Assembly (NCBI GenBank): GCA_963662355.1
Contig: OY759361.1
Span: forward strand, 1,865,668 to 1,929,667
Length of the DNA: 64,000 nt
Reading direction: 5' to 3'
Source: Gammaproteobacteria bacterium
GTDB lineage: Bacteria; Pseudomonadota; Gammaproteobacteria; UBA4575
The notes under the pieces were generated by a model. The model was not told where the DNA came from. It made no database searches and saw nothing but the letters and a program-made list of their open reading frames with translations. Shown here piece after piece: positions 29,779-37,141 of the stretch (within the stretch, counting starts at the first letter, position 1; every line of letters begins with the position of its first letter). The position numbers and the translations under genes are program-made.

Positions 29779-31155
29779 TTAATGTTGTGACAGCAGCGTA
29801 CCCGTGGAGTTCGGTTTTTGCGAATACAGTGAGTATGCTCCAAAACGCATCTGATGGGCACGGCCAAGTTTCAGAGCGTAGAAATCTACCGTAAACTCAT
29901 GAACAAGCTCCTGTCCGTTCCATGAAAACAATTTGAAAAACTGTTCGTCCATGTCACCGGTTTTATCCCAGTTTCCTAACAAAGATGACGTGAAGTAAGT
30001 ACGTTTCCCATCCCAACTCTGTGAAATCATGTTCACTTGTGAACCAATCTCATGCTCATATGTCTGCTTTGGATTAAATGGGTCAGAAATATCAAAATAT
30101 CGCGTCTTGCCATCCATGAAGGTCTGTACCCAAAGACCCTTATCATCTGCTGTAATTGAGATATCCACAGGCAACGGCACTTTAGAGGGATCACCTATAT
30201 CCCCTACTGCCTTGGCTTGCCATTCACCTGCATCGTCTTCATAGATCAACCAGATTTTTGAAGTCAAGGCCGTAGTGGTCAAACAGTAGTTATGATTTGA
30301 ACCCCATGCGCAACGAATTTCCAAAGGCGCCCCAGGAACTTCAAATACTTTTTTCGGTTTACGGGTATGCAAGTCCCACACTACCACAGTATTACCAAAC
30401 CGTTTCATGGCCTCTGCATCTGAAAGCATCTTGCTGAAATCCATCATGTAGTTGGACCAGCCCGTAAACGAGGAGGTAATCATCACGTTTCGACGTGGCA
30501 AAGCCCGCACATCGTAACCATATCCGTCAGCAATATTTCCCACCTTCTTAGCACCACGCAGATTTTCATCTGTCGGCATCCAATGTGCAGCAACAAATTC
30601 ACCTTCATTGGTAAATTCTGCAATTCCGGTCCTGCCTCCATGATCCACATTATTGGATAAAGCACTGACCATGATTCGGCCAGGTAAGGCATACATTGTG
30701 TGAGGGCCAACCATGCCTCCAGTCTTCTCTACAAAATCAGTAATAACTTTATGCAAGACGGGTTTACTAGGATTGGTGTGTACATCAAAAATAAAAATCT
30801 TGTTGCTGTCCAGACCACCACCAAACAGATAACGACGATCATCCGTTAAACCGGAGTGGTGCGCTTCATTACGTCCTCCTACAGAAAGCACATTGACAAC
30901 TTTCCCGTAGTTGACTGAATCTGGATTAACAGAAATGGTAACCAGCTTATCCTGCTCATCACCAAGACCTTCTACACCCAATGTCCAAACGTACACATAG
31001 TCTTCTTGGCCAACGATTTTTGCCATATAGGGAGACATACAGGTCTCATCGGCCATAGCAGTAGAGTGAAAGCCAATTGCAGATGCCAGTACGACCCATA
31101 AAAATGCAATGCTGCCTTGCACCCACTTAGCTTGTGATTTCGCCATTTTCTTCAT
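29779..31155 (-). CDS. mtoX: selenium-binding-protein (SBP56) family methanethiol oxidase
   Basis: 458-aa ORF with signal peptide and SBP56 beta-propeller architecture including His-rich sites (EAHHSG...). The gene order SBP56 - SCO1 - MauG is the one reported for mtoX in Hyphomicrobium. Confidence 0.75.
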   Translation of the reverse strand: MKKMAKSQAKWVQGSIAFLWVVLASAIGFHSTAMADETCMSPYMAKIVGQEDYVYVWTLGVEGLGDEQDKLVTISVNPDSVNYGKVVNVLSVGGRNEAHHSGLTDDRRYLFGGGLDSNKIFIFDVHTNPSKPVLHKVITDFVEKTGGMVGPHTMYALPGRIMVSALSNNVDHGGRTGIAEFTNEGEFVAAHWMPTDENLRGAKKVGNIADGYGYDVRALPRRNVMITSSFTGWSNYMMDFSKMLSDAEAMKRFGNTVVVWDLHTRKPKKVFEVPGAPLEIRCAWGSNHNYCLTTTALTSKIWLIYEDDAGEWQAKAVGDIGDPSKVPLPVDISITADDKGLWVQTFMDGKTRYFDISDPFNPKQTYEHEIGSQVNMISQSWDGKRTYFTSSLLGNWDKTGDMDEQFFKLFSWNGQELVHEFTVDFYALKLGRAHQMRFGAYSLYSQKPNSTGTLLSQH

Positions 31156-31475
31156 ATCTACAGGACTCCGTATGATTTTCGTTGATTGAAACTTTTTCTC
31201 GAAATTCTTTCAACTGTCCATTATGCCGTATCCAGTATTCTATTCAAGGCTGTATCAATCAATATCCCTAGTTTTTCAACATTTAAACTGCATTATAGAA
31301 CAAGCCAGAAATAAAGCAGACCGAGCAAGCTAGCTTAGTAAAGCCTGTTTTATTTGCTCTGAATAATTACAATTGTCACGAGCACAGCAAATTTGATGGA
31401 TATGCCTCGGTAACCGAAACATTATTTGCACTTACTATTTGATCAGCAGCAAGCAGGGTAAATTCCCTTTTTAAA

Positions 31476-32042
31476 ATGCTTAACAATTTACATAGATTTC
31501 ATTTATTTTTTTTATTGATTATTTGCCTTGCTGCCAGCTTGGCTGAAGCCGACAGGGTGGGAGGTGATTTTGAGCTTACCACTCACCAAAACATGCCCTA
31601 CTCACTGGCTAATTCCAGGGGTCAGGTAGTTTTATTGTTCTTCGGCTTTACAAGCTGTCCGGATGTATGCCCTCACACATTAAGTGTCGTTCAAAGCGTA
31701 TTGAACCAATTAGGCTCCAAAGCCCAACAGGTTCAGCCACTGTTCATCACCGTTGACCCCAACCGTGATACGCCAGAAATTTTGAAACATTACCTGGAAT
31801 ATTTTGGCAGCGGTTATATAGGCTTAACCGGGTCTGTTGAGGAGATAGATAAAGTAGTTGGCCAGTTCAGTGCCTTTTACTCATTTGAAGGGAATACTGT
31901 TGAAGGCGCCTACTCTGTCAATCATACTTCCAATTTATATATAATAGACACTGAAGGTGAAGTTGCAAGCATAGTTCCTTATGGTACACCCATGCAGGCA
32001 ATCCTTAGGAGTATTGAGGAATTGCTGCTTAGCAAGTTATAG
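31476..32042 (+). CDS. SCO1/SenC-family copper chaperone (second paralogue)
   Basis: 188-aa ORF with signal peptide and the canonical CPDVCP motif; divergent from mtoX. Confidence 0.75.
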   Translation: MLNNLHRFHLFFLLIICLAASLAEADRVGGDFELTTHQNMPYSLANSRGQVVLLFFGFTSCPDVCPHTLSVVQSVLNQLGSKAQQVQPLFITVDPNRDTPEILKHYLEYFGSGYIGLTGSVEEIDKVVGQFSAFYSFEGNTVEGAYSVNHTSNLYIIDTEGEVASIVPYGTPMQAILRSIEELLLSKL

Positions 32043-32053
32043 CCAGAAGGCCA

Positions 32054-32440
32054 TTATTTGTACTGAATGTAGGCAAAGCGTGGGTCGCTTGGCGTGCCCT
32101 CCAAATCTCCACTGCCTGTACCAGGTTGCCACATTATTACCTCTTCAATTTTCTGAGCCAGTTCAAAGTCCTTATTGGTGACCCCCTTGGCAGCATGATT
32201 CATTAGCTTGCAGATGACAAAAGCATAAGACACCGTGAGGTCAGGATGATGAAAGGCTGCTTCTGCTAAATGTCCAATCGTATTCACTACCATAAGTGTG
32301 CCTTTCCAGCCATGTGTCCTGTACTTTCTACGAATCCATCCATTCTCGTAATACCAAGTAGGCAATTCTTCAGTTAGCCTTTCTTTTATTTGTTCTTCTG
32401 TATAGGTCTGTTCAGATTTGATATCGCGCCACTTCGACAT
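32054..32440 (-). CDS. pterin-4a-carbinolamine dehydratase-like protein
   Basis: 128-aa ORF with the PCD signature ...EAAFHHPDLTVSYAF... Confidence 0.6.
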   Translation of the reverse strand: MSKWRDIKSEQTYTEEQIKERLTEELPTWYYENGWIRRKYRTHGWKGTLMVVNTIGHLAEAAFHHPDLTVSYAFVICKLMNHAAKGVTNKDFELAQKIEEVIMWQPGTGSGDLEGTPSDPRFAYIQYK

Positions 32441-32723
32441 AATTTCTGTCTCCCTTGAAAAATATTTTTAAAGAGTCCGAGCCCATTTTACTCTCAATTC
32501 GCTGAATTTATGCCGCAAATCTGATACCCAAATTCTGGAACGCATGGACTACCGCAGTAATTCACGACTGGAATACATATTCTGCACTATTCTGCATACT
32601 CGGTTTACAGATGAAAATACCACGGAACAGACCTGTACTGACGTGCATTGTACAGGTTACCCCTAAAGACTGGCAGAATACTCAGACCCAAGACTGAAAA
32701 CCCCAGCTATGTCTGTTACCAGA

Positions 32724-33605
32724 TCAGCAGGGCATAGATAAGGTAGCCACTTTTACGACATTTTTCATCAACATGGCCACGGTCATTGGACCCACACCGC
32801 CCGGCACAGGGGTAATCATTGAAGCAACACCTATGGCCTGAGCAAAGTCCACATCTCCTACGAGACAGGTTTTTCCATCCTCTTCAATGCGATTAATCCC
32901 AACATCTATGACGATCGCCCCAGGTTTTATCATGTCTGCCTTAATAAACCGTGCCTGTCCTATCGCCGCAATCAGGATGTCAGCCTGCAGTGTGAAATTC
33001 TCAATATTTTCAGTTCTGGAGTGACACACAGTAACTGTTGAATTGGCATATCTGGCTTTTTGTACCAGCATGTTCATAAGCGGTTTCCCTACAATATTGC
33101 TGCGCCCGACGATAACTACGTGCTTGCCAACAGTTTCAATACCGCTCCTTGAAATCAACTGCGATACCGCATTGGGTGTACAGGAAACCAAGGTATCCAG
33201 TCCGGCAGTCAAGCACCCGACATTATAGGGGTGGAAACCGTCAACATCCTTTTGAGGCGAAATTGCAGCGATGATGTTGTGTTCTCCAATATGGTCAGGC
33301 AAGGGTAACTGGACCAAGATGCCATGCACCTCAGGATTATCATTTAACGTAGTGATCAGCCCGATCAGTTCTGGCTCAGAAATATCCTCTAGAAGGTCAT
33401 GTTGAATCAATCGTATTCCGACTTGCCTTCCTGCTTCCTGCTTGGCTCCCACATAGGCACGAGAAGCAGGATCACTCCCAACCAGGATAACCGCCAGACA
33501 AGGATGCACACCCCGTGATTGCAGCTTGTCTACTTGGCCTTTAACTTCCAGTTGAATTTGTGTGGCAATCGCTTTCCCGTCAATTAGTACTGTCGCCATA
33601 GTCAC
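32724..33605 (-). CDS. folD: bifunctional methylenetetrahydrofolate dehydrogenase/methenyltetrahydrofolate cyclohydrolase
   Basis: 293-aa ORF, FolD co-linear (IDGKAIA...VILVGSDPASRAYV...). Confidence 0.9.
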   Translation of the reverse strand: MTMATVLIDGKAIATQIQLEVKGQVDKLQSRGVHPCLAVILVGSDPASRAYVGAKQEAGRQVGIRLIQHDLLEDISEPELIGLITTLNDNPEVHGILVQLPLPDHIGEHNIIAAISPQKDVDGFHPYNVGCLTAGLDTLVSCTPNAVSQLISRSGIETVGKHVVIVGRSNIVGKPLMNMLVQKARYANSTVTVCHSRTENIENFTLQADILIAAIGQARFIKADMIKPGAIVIDVGINRIEEDGKTCLVGDVDFAQAIGVASMITPVPGGVGPMTVAMLMKNVVKVATLSMPC

Positions 33606-33707
33606 CTCAAATCAATTTAAAACGACAACTGGCCTCTTCATCAGACAATACATCACTACACTTCAGATTCTTTCACAAAAATTACATTTCTTGATTGTAC
33701 CGCAATG

Positions 33708-33740
33708 CAAAAACGGCGAACGTATAGTCCGCCGTTTTCA
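33708..33740 (-). terminator. rho-independent terminator downstream of the EGKCG-repeat gene (bidirectional-looking hairpin)
   Basis: Stem acggcg/cgccgt (33713-33718 / 33730-33735) flanked by A5 on one side and T4 on the other. Confidence 0.5.
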
Positions 33741-33769
33741 CAAAGCTACAGGTAAACCGAAGAGCAGTA

Positions 33770-34222
33770 TTAGCTGCTGTCACTACCTTCTTCGGATTTA
33801 CCTTCCCCGCATTTGCCTTCTCCACACTTGCCTTCCCCGCATTTGCCTTCTTCAGATTTATCCTCTTCAGATTCGCCTTCCCCGCATTTGCCTTCCCCAC
33901 ACTTGCCTTCCCCGCATTTGCCTTCTTCAGATTTATCCTCTTCAGATTCGCCTTCCCCGCATTTGCCTTCCCCACACTTGCCTTCCCCGCATTTGCCTTC
34001 TTCAGATTTATCCTCTTCAGATTCGCCTTCCCCGCATTTGCCTTCCCCACATTTACCTTCCTCGGCTGCACCATGGCTATCAGCTACCATGTACCCGGCT
34101 GACAATTCGGTCATTTGAAACAGGTCTTGATCAGCACTTGCTGTAGAAATTCCAAATGCGCCTGTTGCCAAGACTGCACCAACAGCCACTACCAATGGCT
34201 TTAATTCAGATTTCGCTTTCAT
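33770..34222 (-). CDS. secreted EGKCG-repeat protein (HvfA-like oxazolone/thioamide RiPP-type Cu-metallophore precursor family)
   Basis: 150-aa ORF. Sec signal peptide MKAKSELKPLVVAVGAVLATGAFGISTASA, then 9 EGKCG motifs in three identical 25-aa modules (EGKCG)3-EGESEEDKSE plus a partial fourth. SD-like aggag upstream and a terminator hairpin downstream. Confidence 0.7.
   Translation of the reverse strand: MKAKSELKPLVVAVGAVLATGAFGISTASADQDLFQMTELSAGYMVADSHGAAEEGKCGEGKCGEGESEEDKSEEGKCGEGKCGEGKCGEGESEEDKSEEGKCGEGKCGEGKCGEGESEEDKSEEGKCGEGKCGEGKCGEGKSEEGSDSS
33800..34060. repeat. 75-bp near-perfect tandem repeat, about 3.5 copies (encodes the EGKCG modules); also internal 15-bp sub-repeats
   Basis: Units 33801-33874, 33875-33949 and 33950-34024 are identical except 1 nt. 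A diverged partial copy runs to about 34060. Confidence 0.9.
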
Positions 34223-34727
34223 AAAACTCTCCTAAGGTTTTTTGTTTTCAATCAATTTTTAAGGAACAGAATCTTAAGGATACACATTGCACCATCAGCC
34301 ATTCCTGATTTAGAAAGCTACCGTATACAATTCAGCCAGGTAAACCAAGTATCAAAGTAGCTTAAAATCTCCTTAAGGCTTTACGCATGCATCCCAATCG
34401 ATCACCACAATTTAACATAGTATTATAGTAGTATCACAAGTATATGGCGTCACTTTCTGTACCTGTGGGTAACAGAACTATTTAGTTGCTTATAAGAAAA
34501 TGGCTAGACACATTCATGACTAGAAATCTTAGCTCGACCATACATCTTTTCAACCAGTTACAATGATAACCGCTCGCATCAGGTTCCGTAGTTAGCAGGC
34601 AAACCGGTTTTACCTTAATAGCGGGTTCTCCATGAATAAGGGAAGAACAATTTACCTTCAGCGAAACAAGAAAGAATAGCTTCTCTTTTAAACTGACATC
34701 CTTACAGCCACTCAGTTCCCCATCATA

Positions 34728-35267
34728 ATGGATGAAAAACCTTTTACCATCTGTGGTGTAATTGCAGCAGGATGGAGCCTGGCCGGCCTGCTGCTGTTAC
34801 TTGGATTTGCAATCTGGAGATTATCCCTATACACCATCGAATCTTTGCACATGCCAATGAACTGGATGCACTGGACTGTGTTCATTGGCTTTACGGTCTT
34901 TATGGCACACAGCGAAGGGTATAAAGGATTTCAAAAAAAATTTTCACCGCGATTTGCTGCTCGAACAAAATACTTACTAGCAAACAGTACGGTAACACAA
35001 TGCATTTTTGCACCGCTATTTAGCATGGGCTTTTTCCATGCCCCCAAAAAACGTATTGTCGCTTCTATCTGCCTTACCATCATGATAGTTGTTTTTATTT
35101 TCCTATTTCAATACATCCCCCAGCCATGGAAGGGCTTGCTGGATGCAGGTGTTGTGATTGGATTAATTTGGGGCATGATCTCCACTATCCTGTTCTGCAC
35201 CAAAGCATTTTCAAATGCCGAATACAATTGGGATGCAGAAATTTTAAACATCCACTCCAAGTCGTAA
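34728..35267 (+). CDS. hypothetical 4-TM inner-membrane protein (179 aa)
   Basis: Four clear hydrophobic helices; no motif recognised. Divergent from the EGKCG-repeat gene across a 505-bp intergenic region. Confidence 0.45.
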   Translation: MDEKPFTICGVIAAGWSLAGLLLLLGFAIWRLSLYTIESLHMPMNWMHWTVFIGFTVFMAHSEGYKGFQKKFSPRFAARTKYLLANSTVTQCIFAPLFSMGFFHAPKKRIVASICLTIMIVVFIFLFQYIPQPWKGLLDAGVVIGLIWGMISTILFCTKAFSNAEYNWDAEILNIHSKS

Positions 35268-35322
35268 GCAATTACCAATACTCATCACGAGTAGGCGCAT
35301 ACTGTACATAGGGCAGTGAAGT

Positions 35323-36147
35323 TCAGCTTGTATGAATAGCCCAGGTGACATCGATAGCCTGACGATTTTGCCAAACATCGTGCACACGAAATATTTTTAC
35401 TCCTGCTAACACCCCAAGAGCAGACGTCGCGCATGTTGCCGGCATCCTTGCCCTTGGATTCTCCTGCATTGAAATCTCACCCATAAATCGTTTACGGCTA
35501 GTACCCAGCATCACCGGGTACCCTAGTCCAGTAAACATCTTCAGATCCCGTAGTAATTCCAGGTTATGTTGAGTTCGTTTACCAAACCCAATTCCCGGGT
35601 CGAGTATAATGTTATCTTTTTTTACACCTATATCCTGAGCCTTCTCAGCCCGGCCCAAAAGAAAGTCTGATACTTCTCGGGTGACATTTTCGTAATCAGG
35701 ATGATCCTGCATGGTTGCGGGCTCTCCACGCATGTGCATTAGACAAACAGGAACTTCAGCCACTGCTGCAAGTTTTAATAAACCCATGTCTTCACGGCCC
35801 GCACTCACATCATTCAGCATGGTTGCACCTGCATCCAAGGCCGCGTAGGCAACTTCAGATAAAGTCGTATCAATGCTGATATGGATATGTTCAGGCAACT
35901 CCGCATGCAGACCTGCGATCACATCAATCACCCTGCGCTTTTGCTCTGACGCTCCTACACGAGTGGACCCTGGTCGAGTTGATTCTCCACCTACATCAAT
36001 AATATCTGCACCTTGTTCAACCATTTCTATCCCGCAGGCAATTGCATCTTTGGAAGAAGGGTATACTCCACCATCGGAAAAACTGTCTGGTGTTACATTG
36101 AGCACACCCATCAGAAGTGGCCTTGAATAATCTAAATGCACAGTCAT
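35323..36147 (-). CDS. folP: dihydropteroate synthase
   Basis: Classic FolP motifs LMGVLNVTPDSFSDGG and IIDVGGESTRPG. The ORF as called starts at 36177, but the internal Met at 36147 aligns with FolP N-termini. Confidence 0.85.
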   Translation of the reverse strand: MTVHLDYSRPLLMGVLNVTPDSFSDGGVYPSSKDAIACGIEMVEQGADIIDVGGESTRPGSTRVGASEQKRRVIDVIAGLHAELPEHIHISIDTTLSEVAYAALDAGATMLNDVSAGREDMGLLKLAAVAEVPVCLMHMRGEPATMQDHPDYENVTREVSDFLLGRAEKAQDIGVKKDNIILDPGIGFGKRTQHNLELLRDLKMFTGLGYPVMLGTSRKRFMGEISMQENPRARMPATCATSALGVLAGVKIFRVHDVWQNRQAIDVTWAIHTS

Positions 36148-36177
36148 ATGCCTCAGTAAATGGAATCTGTTACACAA

Positions 36178-37122
36178 TCAATGAAACATTCTGTCAAACT
36201 GCGAAATCTTCACATCGCTCCCTACATCAAGGCTCATTAGGTCTTTCCCCATATGAACCTTGCCTGGGAATTCATCCTGCAAATACCGGATAAGCGCCTC
36301 TTCTTTCGTACCTACCAGTATCGCATGCGTCAGTATTGCCAGTTTCGGCTTGGTTTCATGCAAAACACGTAACATCTGCTCGGGGTTGGTATGATAGCTT
36401 TCGACTTTCCGCAAGCGAGGATTATTTTCAAGAAAGTCAGGATGTGCAGCAAAAATCTCATGTACAAGTAAATCCACCCCTTGGGCATGCTCAACCAGAT
36501 TTTCAGAGTACGTAGTATCACCAGATATCACCACAGAGCGGTCCCCAAAATCAACTCTATACCCATAGGCCGGATCAACGGGTCCGTGATTTACTGAGAA
36601 TGCCGTAACCATGACTCCATTTTCAGAGTACACCACGCCAGGCTGGATTTCTGTTGCAACAAGATGTGCTGCCTTACTGTCCAGACCTGAATGCTGATTT
36701 CTCAACGCTACATCATAGGCGAAAGCTTGTTGCAACCCCTCAACAAAAGCCCGTGTTCCGGTAGGACCATGTACAGAAAGAGGTTTTGGACGCTGGTACA
36801 CCCAACCGGTAAGCCATAAGTCATCAAGCGCAAAAATATGATCAGAATGCAGATGAGTCAGGAATACCGGATTAATTTCTGTGATGGGGATGTCAAGCTG
36901 TGCCAACCTTAGTACGAGGCCACGACCAGCATCAAACAACAGAAAGCTTCCCCCTGCCTCAACCAGTATGGCCTGACCAAATCTGTCGGGTTCCATGCGT
37001 GGTGTGCCTGTACCTAACAGGCTGACACGCATAAAATAGTCTGTAAAGCCAACACCCGGGAAAACGGTTAACAGACAGAAAAGAAGCAGGTGCACAGAAA
37101 CTTTGAGCATGCACATCATCAA
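36178..37122 (-). CDS. periplasmic MBL-fold metallo-hydrolase (RNase Z/ElaC-like HxHxDH)
   Basis: 314-aa ORF with signal-peptide-like N-terminus and HLHSDH metal-binding motif; immediately upstream of folP on the same strand. Confidence 0.6.
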   Translation of the reverse strand: MMMCMLKVSVHLLLFCLLTVFPGVGFTDYFMRVSLLGTGTPRMEPDRFGQAILVEAGGSFLLFDAGRGLVLRLAQLDIPITEINPVFLTHLHSDHIFALDDLWLTGWVYQRPKPLSVHGPTGTRAFVEGLQQAFAYDVALRNQHSGLDSKAAHLVATEIQPGVVYSENGVMVTAFSVNHGPVDPAYGYRVDFGDRSVVISGDTTYSENLVEHAQGVDLLVHEIFAAHPDFLENNPRLRKVESYHTNPEQMLRVLHETKPKLAILTHAILVGTKEEALIRYLQDEFPGKVHMGKDLMSLDVGSDVKISQFDRMFH

Positions 37123-37141
37123 AATGCTTCTCTGAATACAA

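Noticed and set aside
32631-32658. 8-bp-stem hairpin (acctgtac...gtacaggt) downstream of folD as a terminator
   Set aside because: The loop is long (11 nt) and the following U-tract on the minus strand is weak (uauuuuc). It may be a weak terminator or a protein-binding palindrome, so I did not list it as a feature.
33800-34060. CRISPR array
   Set aside because: The repeats are contiguous, coding, and have no unique spacers; no cas genes are present. It is a coding tandem repeat, not CRISPR.
33562-34146. 194-aa plus-strand ORF rich in LPRICL repeats, and the 130-aa minus-strand KANAGKA-repeat ORF (33682-34074)
   Set aside because: Both are alternative-frame or antisense readings of the 75-bp tandem repeat. 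They have no signal peptide, RBS or terminator logic, whereas the 33770-34222 frame has a signal peptide, an SD sequence and a downstream terminator.
34223-34727. Recurrent (c)cttaagg palindromes in the divergent intergenic region as a possible operator
   Set aside because: The first copy is just the gene's Shine-Dalgarno region (ccttaggag on the coding strand). The others are short, AT-rich and irregularly spaced, too weak to call by eye.
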